Positions 16,889 to 33,282 of a stretch of 64,000 nt of DNA are shown piece after piece. Positions within the stretch are counted from its first letter, which is position 1; every line of letters begins with the position of its first letter. This stretch comes from the human T2T-CHM13v2.0 reference genome, Homo sapiens, in the NCBI RefSeq assembly GCF_009914755.1, contig NC_060933.1; one strand, given 5' to 3'. Below the pieces are notes generated by a model, which made no database searches, was not told the DNA's origin, and saw only the letters and a list, made by a program, of their open reading frames with translations. The translations under genes and the position numbers were made by a program.

Positions 16889-17277
16889 GTCTGATGTAAC
16901 TCTTTTGGAACTCTAGAGTCTGTTAAAGGTTTGCGACTTCCAGGGAAAGGTTGGATGGTAAATTGCATTAATTTTGTCAATTTCAGCTCTTAGCACAGTA
17001 GCAACTATCCATCCCTTACCTCCACTCACATGGCAGGTAGCTGTGCATGCATTCCAATAGCAGTTTCCATTCAGCTTGCAGAGGCCAGGGTGGCCAAATA
17101 GTACCCTGTCCTCCAAATATCAGAGATCTATTCTCTGATTGCTAATTGCTGCTTCTGATCTCAGATATTCTGATAAAGGATTAATATCCAGACTATATGA
17201 AGAACTCTCAGATCAGAATATCTCAGACATTCTGATAAAGGATTAATACCCAGACTATATGAAGAACTCTTAATACT

Positions 17278-17661
17278 TGATATGGTTTGGCTCTGTGTCC
17301 CCACCGAAATCTTATGTTGAATCGTAATCCTCACATGTCGGGGGGACCTGGTGGGAGGTGACTGAATCATGGCGGTGGACTTCCCTCTTGCTGTTCTCAT
17401 GCTATTGAGTGAGTTCTCACAAGATCTGGTTGCTTGAAAGTGTGTGGCACTTCCCCCTTCACTCTCTCTTTCTCTCCTACCACCATGTGAAGAAAGTCCT
17501 TGGTTCCCTTTCATCTTCCGCCATGATTGTAAGTTTCCTGAGGCCTCTCAGTCATGCTTCCTGTTAAGCATGCAAAACTGTGAGTGAATTAAACCTCTTT
17601 TCTTCATAAATTACCCAGTTTCAGGTAGTTCTTTATAGCAGTGTGAAAACGGACTAATGCA
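17278..17661 (+). mobile_element. MaLR solo LTR (MSTA/THE1D-like)
   Basis: tgatatggtttggctctgtgtcccc...ggactaatgca; 5-bp TSD ATACT. Confidence 0.92.
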
Positions 17662-18445
17662 ATACTCAACAACAAAAAACAAACAAACAAACATTTAAAA
17701 ATGGGCAGACGACTAGAATAAACATTTCTCCAAAGAAGACCTACAAATAGCCAATAAATACATAAAGAGATGTCCAACATCATTAGTAGATAGAAAAATA
17801 CAAATCAAAACCACGAGATACCATGTCACACCTACAAAGATGGCTATACAAATAATAATAAAAATAATAATTGAAAAATAATAAATACTGGTGAGAATGT
17901 GGAGAAATTGGAACGTGCATTAAGGGTGGAAATGTAAAATGTGGTGCAACTGCTTTGTAAGATAATTTGGCAGTTTCTCAAATAGTTAATCTTAAGACTA
18001 CCAAATGACTCAGCAATTCCTCTCCTAAGTATGTATAGAAAACAATGGAAAGCAAGGACTAAAGCAGGTATTTGTGTACTAATGTTCATATCAGCATTAT
18101 TCATAACATCCAAAAGGTGGAAGCAATCCAAGTGTCCATCAACAGATGGATAGATAAAGAATATGTGGCATTGTGATGGAATACTATTCAGCTATAAAAA
18201 GAAACAAAATTTTTATATTTGCTACAACATGAATGAACCTTGAAAATATTATGCTTTGTTTAATAAGGCAGATATAGCAGGACAAATATCGTACAATGCC
18301 ATGTATATAAGGTACCTAGAGTAGGCAAATTTACAGACAGAAAGTAGAATCAAGCTTACTAGAGGATAAGGAGTGGGGAAATGGGTACTTATTGATTAAT
18401 GACTACAAAGTTTATGTTGAGGATAATAAAAATTTTTGGTGTAGG

Positions 18446-18849
<404 letters not shown>

Positions 18850-19071
18850 TTACAATGATAAAAAGTATGTTATGTATATTTTACCACAATAAAAAATAGA
18901 AAAAAATAATGGCATCACCTTGTAGAATGTTTAAGATAAAAAATGAAATTTTATTAACAGCAGAATAAAAAGAGAGGAAGGAAAATAAAGTAAAAGAGTC
19001 TTCTAATGCTCCTTTATCATTTGGTATGAGGTCAAGATACAGATTAACTGAGACACTGATCAATTAAGTGC

Positions 19072-19442
19072 TGTAGTGCTCAATTTTATGTGTTCAACTT
19101 TACTAGGCCACATGGTGCCCAGACATTTGGTCAAACATTATTCTGGATGTGTCTGTGAGAGTATTTCTGGATAAATTAACATTTGAATCAGTAGACTGAG
19201 TAAGGCAGATTGTGCTCCCCAATGAGAATGGGCCTCATTCAATCAGCTGAAGGCCTAAATAGAACAAGAAAGCTGACCTTTTCTTTCATGCCTGACTGTT
19301 GGAGCTGGGATATGCATCTTTTACTGCCTTCAGACTTGAACTGAAAAACGGATTCTTTTTAGGTCTCAAGACTGCTGGCTTTCAGACTGTGTGTGTGTGT
19401 CCTGTTGGTTCTGTTTTTCTGAACAATATGGATATTAATATA
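19072..19442 (+). mobile_element. MLT2 (ERVL) solo LTR
   Basis: aattttatgtgttcaact...tggtcaaacattattctggatgtgtctgtgag...gactgagtaaggcagattg. Confidence 0.85.
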
Positions 19443-20615
19443 GTATCTATGTTATAATTATTACAATAAAAATAAAAATATTATACAACTTCTAAATTAC
19501 AAGGGGGGAAATTAGATAAGAAAATATAAACAACCTAAGATAAAAGAAAATGGAACATGGATAAACTACGAACACAGATATAATGGAAAATACACACCTA
19601 TATATATCAGTAATTGTTTTAAACATAAACTGACTAAACTATTTATTTTAAAGTAAAAATGAACAGACTATAACACAAAACCCAATTTGCTCCTGTTTTC
19701 ACAAGACATATATAAAACATTAGGATACAGAAAGGTTAATGATTTAAAAAGTAAAAAGGCATACCAGGAAAATATTAACCATAAAAGCTAATATAGACAT
19801 GTTATTATTAGGAAGATAAAATAATTATAATATATATACATCTAATTACCTAGCCTCAACACTCATAAATAAAAACATCCCTAGAACTACAAAGAAAATC
19901 CTCTACTCTGATTATTTTTCTTTTTAACACATTTTTATCACTAATTAATAGAAGAAACTAAGAGGATTTAGAAGATTTGAACCTCATAAAACTGTCACTC
20001 AGTCAAATGCTGCCAAAATACACATCATTTTCAAGCACATACAGAACATTTATTTAAAAAGAAGCACACACTGAACCATAAATAAAATCTCAACAAATTT
20101 CAAATGATGGAAAATCTACAGATATTTTCTGATAAGGAAGCCATTAATCTGGAGAAAAATAAAAACATCAAAAATATCTAGAAAAATATGGAAATTAATA
20201 AACACGCATTTCATTTACCCATAAGTCAAAAAGAAATCTAAAAATAAGTAGAAAATATACAGATGTCTATAAGAATAATTAGTTCAAAATTACTGTAGGA
20301 AAATATATACAGTACATCTCTCTAATAAAAAAATTTACAATAAAAATCCCCTCCACGAGATGGGCCAGCCGAGATAGTCAAATAAAAATAACAAAAGATA
20401 TCCAGATTGAAAAAGAAGAAGTAAAACTATCTCTACTTATACATGACCTAAGTTTTGTATACAGATAATTCAAAAGAACACCCCGGAAAACTATTAGAAC
20501 TAATGAGTTCAGCAAGTTTGAAGGATAAAAATCAATATTAAAAATTAATTTTATTTTTATATGTTAACAATGAACATTCAGTGAATGAAATTAAGAAAAC
20601 AATTTCATTTGACAT

Positions 20616-20886
20616 GTGAGGTAATTCAGGAATGGAAAACCAAATACCACATGTTCTCACTTATAAGCTAAGCTATGGGTAGGCAAAAGCATACAGAATG
20701 TTATGATGAACATTGGAGACTCAGAAGGGGAAGGGATAAAAAACTACTTACTGGGTACAATGTACACTCCTCAGGTGTCAGGTGTACTAAAATCTCAGAC
20801 TTCACCACTACACAATTCATCCATGTATCCAAAAACCACTTCTACCCCTAAAGCTACTGAAGTAAAATATATATATATATATATAC
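20616..20886 (+). mobile_element. Short L1MA/L1PB 3' end inserted in older L1
   Basis: TSD acaatttcatttgacat (20599-20615)/acaattccatttgaaat (20887-20903). Confidence 0.8.
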
Positions 20887-21035
20887 ACAATTCCATTTGA
20901 AATGACATCAAAAAGAATAAAATACTAAGGTATAATTTAACAAAAGAATTGCAAGATTTGTATACTAAAAACTACAAACCAGTTTTAAAAGAAATTAAAG
21001 ATCTAAATAAATGGAAAGATATTACCTAGACAATA

Positions 21036-21188
21036 TTTTTGTTGTTGTTGTTGTTGTTGTTTGTTTGTTTGTTTTGAGGCAGAGTTTCACTCTTGTTGCC
21101 CAGGCTGGAGTACAATGGCACAATCTCGGCTCACTGAAACCTCCCCCGCCTCTCGAGTTCAAGCGATTCTCCTGCCTCAGCCTCCCAA
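21036..21188 (-). mobile_element. Truncated Alu (right-arm part)
   Basis: (TTG)n tail then gagtttcactcttgttgcccaggctgg...cctcccaa. Confidence 0.9.
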
Positions 21189-22275
21189 AGACTTAATATT
21201 GTTAAATGACCATACTTTGTAAGCTGATCTACAGATTCAACACAATCTCTATCAAAATCTTAGCTAGCTCTTTTTCAGAAACTGACAAACTGATCTTAAA
21301 AGTTCTGAAAATTCAGGGACCAAGAATCCCCAAAACAATTTTGAAAAAGAATAAATTTAAAGGATTCCCGTTTAATGATTTTAAAACATAACACAAAGCT
21401 ATAATAATAAAAACAGTGTAGTATGGCCATAAGAATAACACATAGATCAGTAGAACAGAACTGAGAATCTAAAAATAAATTATTATATTTATAGCCAATG
21501 AATTTTTCAGAAGGGTTCTAATAAAAGTGCTTGGAGAAAGAAGAGCCTTTTCAACAAATGTGGCTAGATAACTCAATGCCCTATCTCACACCATACACAA
21601 AAAGCTTATTCAAAAAGATTAAAAGCCTAAGTATAAGCATAAAAATCTGTAAAACTTTTAGAAGAAAATAGAGGAGTGAAATTTTCTGACCTTGGGTTTA
21701 GGCAAAGATTTTTAAGGTACAACAGCAAAAGCACGAGCAATGAAAGAAAAAATAAATTCGACTGCATCAAAATTTAAAAGTTTCGTGCTACAAACGATAC
21801 CATCAAAAAAAGACAAAACTTGCAGAAATGAATAAAATATTTGCATGCCATATATCTGATAAGGGTCTTATATCCAGAATATAAAGGAATCATACCACTC
21901 TCAATAGTAGCAAGGCAAATAAACCAAATACAATATAGGCAAAGGATTTAAATAGGCATCTCTCCAAAGAAGATGTACAAATATCCACAAACATATGAAA
22001 ATTGGCTCAACATCACTATTCATTATGGAAATGCAAATCAAAATCACGTCTACAAAGACAGCTATAATCGAAAAGGCAGACAGTAAAAACTTTTGGCAAG
22101 GATTTGAAGACATTTAAACCCTCACACACTGTTGATAAATATGTGAAATGATGCAGCCATTGTGGAAAACTGACAATTCCTCAAAAAATTAAACATAGAA
22201 TTACAATACGATTCAATAATTCCACCATTAGGTGTGAAACATGTTCACACACACACAGACACAAATGTGTACATG

Positions 22276-22565
22276 GGCCAGGCGCGGTGGCTCACGCCTG
22301 TAATCCTAGCACTTTGGGAGGCCGAGACAGGCAGATCATGAGGTCAGGAGTGTGAGAGCAGCCTGGCCAATATGGTGAAACCCCATCTCTACTAAAAATA
22401 CAAAAATTAGCCAGGCATGGTGGCACGTGCCTGTAGTCCCAGCTATTTGGGAGGCTGAGGCAGAAGAATCACTTGAACCCAGGAGGCAGAGGTTTGCAGT
22501 GAGCAGAGATCATGCCACTGCACTCCAGCCTGGGCGACAGAGCAAGACTCTCTCAAAAAAAAAAA
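22276..22565 (+). mobile_element. AluSg-like
   Basis: Full dimer; TSD aaatgtgtacatg/aaaagtgcacatg. Confidence 0.95.
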
Positions 22566-23230
22566 GTGCACATGAATGTTCATAGCAGCATTATTCCTAA
22601 TAGCCAGAAGTTGAAACAACCCAATGTCCAAAATGCCCATTTATCCTGATGAATGGATAAGTAAAATGTGGTGCATAAATACAATGAAAGATTATTCTGT
22701 CTTAAAAAGAAATGAAGTATTGATATAGGCTACAACATAGATGAACCTTGAAAGCATTATACTAAGTAAAAGAAGCCAGCCACAAAAGACCATATATTGC
22801 ATGGTTCCAATTCTATTAAATGCCCAGAATAAGCAGGTAGATTAGTGGTTACTTCGGGTAGAGAGGTGAGGAGTTGGTGAAGTGGGGAAGGAGAGGAGAA
22901 TAGCAAGTGACTGCTAACAAGCATGGGGTTTCTTTTAAGGGAAATAGAAGTATTCTAAAGTTGAATAATGGTAATGGTTTTACAAAACTGTGAATATAGT
23001 AAAAAACATTAAATTACATACTTTAAATGGGTGAATATTATGGAATGTAAAATTATATCTCAATAAAACTGTTTTTTTAAAAAACCTTTTCTTATAGAAC
23101 ATATCTTCCCACCTTTCATTATAAAAACTCAGTGCTTAGGCAGGAACTAAAAGGAACTCTGTGTTTGTTTAATGTGTGATTGGGCTTAGGGAAAAGTACT
23201 GAATGAGCACAACAGATTGTAACATCAGTT

Positions 23231-23530
23231 ACTTACGGTTTACCCAAATTTTGTATACGTATAATCCAAAAGAATACCCCAGAAAACGATTCCTAATAAA
23301 TGAGTTCAGCAAGTTTGAGGGATAAAAATCAATATTAAACAATTAATTGTATTACTATACACTCGCAGTGAGCACTAAGTGAATGAAGTTAAGAAAACAA
23401 CTCCATTTGAAATGTGAAGTAACTCAGAATAGAAAACCAAAACCATATATTCTCACTTATAAGCTAATATGGGTAGGCAAAGGCATAGTGTGGTATAAAG
23501 GACACTGGAGACTCAGAAGCGGGAGGGGAG
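23231..23530 (+). repeat. Local direct duplication of 20435-20735
   Basis: Colinear match including the same L1/L1 junction. Confidence 0.85.
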
Positions 23531-23572
23531 AGCGGATGTAAAAACAGGAAATAGGATAGAAGAGGGGTGTAG

Positions 23573-23883
<311 letters not shown>

Positions 23884-24539
23884 GAATAACATTTTTTTAA
23901 TCATGTAGAAAAGAGAAGATATACACAGAATGTTAACTGAACAGGAAGAATATAAAATTCCGTGTATAATATCTGCAAGTGTAAAAATGTGCAGAAACAA
24001 AAAGCGTACAGTGTATGCCCTATTAAAATAATTCTATAGCAAGCTGGCTGGTTTCGTTTGGTTACAATTCAATTATTAGCTGGACAAAAACTGAGTTTTT
24101 TGGCCTATTCATGTAAGATCTTTGTTAAGAGGCATATACCATGGAAGTTTTTTTCTCTAAAAGGTTTAAAACCCAAAAGAGTATATGTAGATTCAAGAGA
24201 GCAGATAGGAAGCATGCCTTTCATTCTACTTACCCCTGAAATGCCACTAAGATGACAATAAGGGGGTTGTCTTTGTAAAAAACATAATAAACCCATAAGG
24301 ATGAAAGAAGAGAAAACAGGAACTTGGGGATCTGGAAAAAAAGATGGATATGTGCCATTGACTTAGTAGTTTATATCACGTGTAGAAGAGGTTCGAATTA
24401 TATGAAATGGTCCCACTCCCAAAGTTCAGGAATTGATGACATTAGGTACACTTGAGAGAAAGGACCATGTAAAGGACATTGCCAGGAGTCACATTACCAG
24501 GTCCCCCTCCCAGCTCTAGATAACTGCCTTTCCCCCAAC

Positions 24540-25183
24540 ATGTGTCCCATCTCAGGTCCTCTCAACCCCCTTTGACTTCAGCCATGGCTGCACTACCCTG
24601 AATGCTTTCTGCAATGAGCTTTACTGAAATTTCTCAGGACACAGCACACAGGTCTGCATAACCTGGGAGTGGAGAGGCATTAACTCCAAAGAAACAACCT
24701 GCTTCTGTTGGAGGACAATAGCCATCAAGAGGATGCATTTCATGTAGCTCCTCAAACAGTTCCAGCAGTATTCAGCCCTATCTGCAGAGGTGAGCCCCTA
24801 TGTAATTTTTTTTTTTTTTTTGAGACAGAGTCTCGCTCTGTCGCCAGGCTGGAGTGCAGTGGCACGATCTTGGCTTACTGTAATCTTCTCCTCCTGGGTC
24901 AAGCAATTCTCCTGCCTCAGCCTCCCAAGTAGCTGGGATTACAGTCACCTGCCACTACACCCGGCAAATTTTTGTATTTTTAGTAAAGACAGGGCTTCAC
25001 CATGTTGGCCAGGATGGTCTTGATCTCCTGACCCTATGTATTTTTTAATTGGCTTTTCCTTCTCTCGGTCATGTTCTCCAGGCCCTCACATTACTGTTTC
25101 CTACAGTCACTTCCCAAATAAAATAAAATGCCTACATACCTTTGTACTAGGCTCTGTTTTTAGAGAAAACCCAGGTTAAGAGA
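24540..25183 (+). mobile_element. LTR16-like ERVL LTR, split by Alu
   Basis: 3' end cttcccaaataaa...aggctctgtttttagagaaaacccaggttaaga. Confidence 0.6.
24806..25033 (-). mobile_element. 5'-truncated AluSc-like
   Basis: TSD ccctatgta. Confidence 0.92.
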
Positions 25184-25277
25184 AATTTGGTTTAAATATT
25201 AGTAATAATGTATAAAAATAAAGTATAGCCCCCCAAACAAGCAATCATTAATCCCAAAGGAAAGAAAATGCTGTTCT

Positions 25278-26013
25278 TGAAAGGAAGAGTAATCATAGTA
25301 CCACACACAGCTAAACTTAAAGTAGCAGGTGGGCAGTCATCACAACAAAGGCTGAGTGGTAATCTTACCTCACTGTTGTATGAGAAGATTAGATTGCTGC
25401 AAGAATGTGGATGAGAAGTGTGGATAGCTGTTGTATGGTACAATAAGAAACATCCCATGCCTGTAAGATTAATGATGGCCATAAAGCCCACTCAAACATC
25501 TCATGGGGTCTACACTATGTTTCACTTAGCAGTATGATGTAACCTGGCCTGGGGATTTCCAGCCCTGGCCGGGAGATGATTACTGGGTCCCTATGAAAAT
25601 AAGACCTAAAAACCCTGATTGCCTAGGCCACCTCAGCACATATGCCACTTTCATGAATCTTAAAACAAAGCTTACCCTTATATGATTAAAATTCCTCTAT
25701 GAAAGAAACACCTAATGACTGAAGCCAGATTAAATACAGGAATAAAAAAGGAGGAAGAATCCCCCAAACAATGAGAACAGTCTGTGGATGAAGAACCTCC
25801 CCATCAGGTGGTCATCTGACCCTGACTGTATCTGGCCTGTGCCGCCGGCCTGCTCCCGCTATCCCTCTCGTAAGAGCACTGCCAGAATGAACTGCTGGAG
25901 CATCAGACAGTGCTGAAGACTCACCTTGGTTGCTGAATGAACAGAAGGTGAACAGCTGCGTCTGGAGAAGCTGGTTCACTAGGACCACCCGAGACTACTG
26001 AAGATCAGCTTCA
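25278..26013 (+). mobile_element. ERVL-class LTR (MER54/MER73/MER74-like; family uncertain)
   Basis: TG...CA bounded block with LTR-like composition; only a partial TSD. Confidence 0.5.
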
Positions 26014-26253
26014 GTAGTATCCAGTTATCAAACTGGATACAAGAATGAGATTTGTGTAAGCAAATGAGTAACCACACCCATTCTCACGGGAAAAGCAGGA
26101 GGGTAGAAAGGTGAAAAAAAAAAAAAAAACTTTCAGAAATACCCAAAATTAATATGTGTTAACAGGTTGCCACTGCTTCATTGTCCAGAGTTGGGGCAAG
26201 TCGTTTATCCATGATCCCACCTTTTCTGCTGGAATACAAAAAGAGTAATTATT

Positions 26254-26695
<442 letters not shown>

Positions 26696-27059
26696 TTATT
26701 GTGAAAAGGTTATATTGTGAGTATAAAGAGTAATTATTTTGAAAATATTTTCTCACTTTCCATTTTATCTTTTAACTGTCTGCAAGAAAGATAGAAAATG
26801 GCACAAACCTAAATCATTCTCTCTGCTCTCCATCATCTATCTACTCTCCATATTACTCAAGAGTACTGCTTCAAGCCTTTTAAAATTCTGTATTCCAAAG
26901 AGAACCAGCTTCCAAAATATGAGTTGTCAGGTCCTCTGAGTCTTGTTTGACATTTGACAACATCGGATACATTCCTCCAATGGCAACAGACAAGTGCAAT
27001 CTTTTTAGGAAAAATAACCCATGTCTATTTTTGTTGTAGCTGAATTTTTGCATCCTCTT

Positions 27060-27615
27060 TTTTACCAGAAAAGGGATCTTGATACAAACCCCAAGAGAGT
27101 GTTCTTGGATCTTACACAGGAAAGAATTCAAGGTGAGTTGCAGAATAAAGTGGGAAGGGAGAGTTTATTGAAAGCCTCTAGGTTATAGAGTAAGGTATCC
27201 TCAGAAAGCAAGAACAGGAATGCCCCATCTTTGTTTTAAGTTTTTCTTACATATACATCTTCTTTATGTAAAGAATAAACTAAGCTTTGCCTATGTGCAG
27301 GTGGACTGACAGAATGACAAAATTTATTATTCTATTGATTTAAAGAAAACGATCCTTGACATTTTAGTGTACGAGTACATCAAAGCGTAACTACAACTAT
27401 CTTGAAAGCATATATTGTTATGGGCATTGGGACATCTGGACTGCCTGTTATTGTAGGAGTTTGTCCTTGCAGGCATTACCACACTCTTTCCTTGGATGTG
27501 AACATGTTAGGACCATGAGTCATGACTGGCAAGGAATGCACCCTGCTAACTTGAAGACGGAGCTGATGTTAAAATGGTGTCACTCGGGCTCTCCTAGGCT
27601 TCTGCTTCCCTAACG
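27060..27615 (-). mobile_element. ERV1 solo LTR (MER41/MER4 group)
   Basis: ttaccagaaaagggatcttgatacaaaccccaagagag...ctctcctaggcttctgcttccctaac. Confidence 0.8.
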
Positions 27616-28228
27616 CCCTTGAGGTGACTATTTTATTCTTGAGTATAAACTGTCAAATGCAAAAAGAAATGAAAGCATGTTCTGAAAATAGGATCCACTC
27701 TGTGGAATATACCCAAGTCATTTTCCTTCCTCATTCCCATGACCCGGATTCTACAGTTCCCACAGCAGAGCTGCCTGGACACTGGCCCTTCTAAGCCCAC
27801 TTTCATTGATCTTTTTTATTTTTTATTTTTTATTACAACCATTGAATAGCCTCACACCTCACATTTTCAGGCAGTGAGCTCTGCTTTTTTGCATCTAGTG
27901 TGGGTTGATTTCCCATCTCAACATTAATCCCAAACTTTGTAAAGTACCTTTGTAAGGTGAGGCAGAAAGGCCGATTTCATCAGTTAGCCCAGGTACTCAA
28001 AGAAAATGTAGGCATTTATTTCTAAAACAATTGTATATGTTTAGGAAGGTAACTTTTGGATACAGTTACTGTCGACCTCAAACAATACTTGCCTGAAATC
28101 TCGTTGCATATTGACTACAGGGAATCAGACACTCCAAAGTTTGGGAGATGATGGTCCTGAACTCTAACAGGAATGATTTAGGTTGGTGTCATTTTCTGTC
28201 TTTGTTGCAGACAGTTAAAAGATAAAAT

Positions 28229-28550
<322 letters not shown>

Positions 28551-28704
28551 ATGGAAAGTAAGAAAATATTTTCAAAAGGTTATATTTTCTAGCAAACAAT
28601 AAATGGATTAACTTGAACTCTCCAGAGTTACAAAAGGCAGGGAGCTCTCCATTGCTGAATGTGTTCCAGAAGAGGCTGGAAACTGAATAGAAAATTCATG
28701 AATC

Positions 28705-29004
28705 GGCTGGGTGCGGTGGCTCACGCCTGTAATCCCAGCACTTTGGGAGGCCGAGGTAAGCAGATCACAAGGTCAGGAGATCCAGACCATCCTGGCTAAC
28801 ACGGTGAAACCCCGTCTCTACTAAAAAAATACAAAAAAAATTAGCCAGGCGTGGTGGTGGGTGCCTGTAGTCCCAGCTACTCAGGAGGCTGAGGCAGGAG
28901 AATGGCTGAACCCAGGAGACGGAGCTTGCAATGAGCCGAGATCGCCCTACTGCACTCCAGCCTGGGCGACAGAGCGAGAATCCGTCTCAAAAAAAAAAAA
29001 AAAA
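28705..29004 (+). mobile_element. AluY
   Basis: TSD aaaattcatgaatc. Confidence 0.95.
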
Positions 29005-30049
29005 ATTCATGAATCAAAAGTGCAGTTGTGCTTCTAGCACATTAAAGCCTCTTCTAATCTCAAGACTGAAAAGTTAACAAAACCTAACAATTTCATGGGT
29101 GAGAAACAAGCGACTCCTATGAGAAAGTAATTGGTAAAGTGGGGAGAGCCATGCAAATAAAATATACTCTTGTCACCATTCAAGGTCACTCCAAACCATA
29201 AGCCTATTCTGGAGGCTCCTGGATTAACTACAGAAATTAAAAATGGACAAATGCTTTCCCCACCTACATGCACAGATTAAATCGAGTGTTTCGAAGCACC
29301 AAACAGAGGCATTTCTTTCTCTCTCCTGTTTTTGTTTTTGGCATCAGCTTCCATTCTCCCTACTTTTCCAGCCATGTTCCTCAAGCAGGAACTCAGGGAG
29401 AGGCCTCCTCCCTTTGGTTGATGAGTGTGATGAATGCGATGGGGTGACTCCTACCGGACCCCAACATGATTGTCTTTGATTACAAGCTTCCACTGCTTTT
29501 TTAAAAGGGGGAGCTAAAAAATTGAATACACTTTCCTTGTTATCCAAAAACATCAGGATGGGCAAGAACAGCAGAGCTGCCCCATGAGGTGAGGCCAATC
29601 TTCCCACCTTATCTGTCAGTCACTTTTCTCATTAGAAGCACTGATTGTCTTAGGAGTGCAGGCTTATTTCCTTCTGGGTTATGATCTCTTCAATCTGACA
29701 ATCTGCAGGAGATTTCTTAAGAACCTAATTGATTTACTGAACATGACACGTAAAATTTAACAGCCCAAATAATCAAAATGTTTTTGTGAGCTAAGCAGGA
29801 TAATATCATTTTTTTAAAAAAGTCTGGTTATAGTACTTCTTATTGTAAAAAAACAGTTGACATATGCTGTTTTTTATATTTCAAAGCAATGTTGTTTTAA
29901 AGAGAAATTTAATATGTCTTCCATAAAGAATGATACTGTAGGGGTGGGGAGAGGAAACTGGAGAAGGAAAGCAAAGTTGAGAAGTTTATTCAGTTTATTC
30001 AATACAGAAGCTAACACACGGTTTTATTATTTCACATACGAGTGTGATA

Positions 30050-30538
30050 ATGGCAAGAATTCCAGGATGCAGCGGCTGGACCGCCTGCTCAGTCTCACAA
30101 GGCTGAAATAAAGATGTAAGTTAATGTTTTCTTCCCTAGACCCCAGGCTCCTCTTCCAAGCTTACTCCTGCTATTGGCAGGATTAAATTCCTGGCATTGG
30201 AGGACTGGGGTCCTGGTTTCCTTGTTGGCTGCCAGCCAGGACCTGTCTTGCACCCTTCAGGCCACCCTCATTCCTGCTCTCTTGGCTCCCTCCGTTTCTG
30301 AACAGCAGTACACACTGCGTCATTCTCATACTCTGAATCTCTCTGACTTCTTCTACCAGTCAAAAAAAACACTCTGCTTCGAAACTGTGTGATGACATTA
30401 AGCCCACCAGATAGTGTCCCTACTCTACAGTCAACTGTGCCATATGACACAACATAGTCATGGGATTCCCTATTCTTGTGGGCTCTGAGGGATTCGGGTA
30501 TGAAATCATGGGATCACATTGCGAATTCTGTCTACCAC
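30050..30538 (-). mobile_element. MLT1 MaLR LTR remnant
   Basis: ctcacaaggctgaaataaagatgt...ctcttccaagctt...gaattctgtctaccaca. Confidence 0.7.
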
Positions 30539-30760
30539 ACATACGTAGAGAAAATATTTATTGGTTCATTTTATTTCTTATCAGATTTTTCTTTCTTCTC
30601 AATGAAATCAATATTTACTGTGCAATTGTGATACACCCCGCATGGATCAAGAGCTCTGCAGGAAAACTCCCACTGATGTATTTTACTGCCACCACCACAG
30701 TGCATACTCACAGATCACAAAATAGACCTCAGCAAATGTATTATAAAATGTGACCCAACA

Positions 30761-31181
<421 letters not shown>

Positions 31182-31371
31182 TTAACCTTCAACCTCAGGC
31201 TCTGAGGTTCACCCTGTCCTTCATCTTCATTTCACTGATCAACTCACGTTTCTCCTTTACTCCTATATGTGGAGTCCTATATGTGGAGTCCTATCATGAC
31301 ACGCATGTTCCCATGTGTCATGACAGGACTCCACAGGACATGAGAGCTGTTTAACAAGACTGTGCTGGGCA

Positions 31372-32325
<954 letters not shown>

Positions 32326-33282
32326 TGTAAATTGTCCCGATTAAAATAAAAACTAAAGAACAGTATTTAAATGTGACATAATCAAGCATTCTCTTTTACC
32401 TATGGAAATATTTTAAGTGAATTCTGATAATCCACAATTCATGTAATGTTTTAAATTTTAAATTTCAGTTTGTTTCACACTTCTCTGAAATACTTTTTTT
32501 CTCCATAGCTCAGCATACTGATTTTCACAAAGACATGTAATGTATACAGTAACATTTTAAACGTGGCTTTGAGAGATGAGATGAGAGGTGAAGCAGAGAG
32601 GTGCTAATGGCTCCAGTCACTGAGGGGCAGTGAGAAAGCAGTTCGAAGGGAGGAGGATGAGTGTGACGGTTACTGTCATGTGTCAGCTTGACTGGGCCAC
32701 AGGATGCCCAGATAGTGGGTTAAACATTTCTGGGCATGTCTGTGAGGGTGTTTTCAAAAGAGGTATATATCTCATTAACTTTTTAATTGGCGTACTGAGT
32801 AAGGCAGATTGCCCTCCTCAATGTGAGTGGGCCCCATCCAATCCACTGAGGACTTGAATAGAACAAAAATGTCAGAGGAAGTGAGAATTCTGTCTCTGCC
32901 TTTCCCTGCCTGACTGCTTGATCCAGGACATTGCTTGGTTTCTGTCCTTGAACTCAGACTTACACCATCAGTGCTCCTGATTCTCAGGCTTTCGGACTCA
33001 GACTGGAACTATACCACCAGCTTTCCTGGGTCTCTGTCTTACAGACACAAGACAGAAGATTCTCAGCCTCCACAATTTCAGAAATGCCCCCAGTGAGTGC
33101 TGGAAATCTCTGATCAAGTGATTTCGGAGTGGTATACTGCCTAAGACTTCATTGTGTTGGAAAACCACTCACCATTACCCCTAGCAACTCAGTAGCAAAT
33201 GTTGACTTCCTGTTTTCACAATCTTATGCTCTACTATAGAGGATATAGTAACTACCTAGAGGTTATAGTAACAGAGGGATGA

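Larger units (their letters stand above)
19480..23075 (+). mobile_element. Old L1M (MB/MC-type), deleted ORF2 through 3' UTR
   Basis: ORF2 remnants (TILCKLIYRFNTISIKI) and 3' end aattatatctcaataaaactgtt. Confidence 0.8.
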
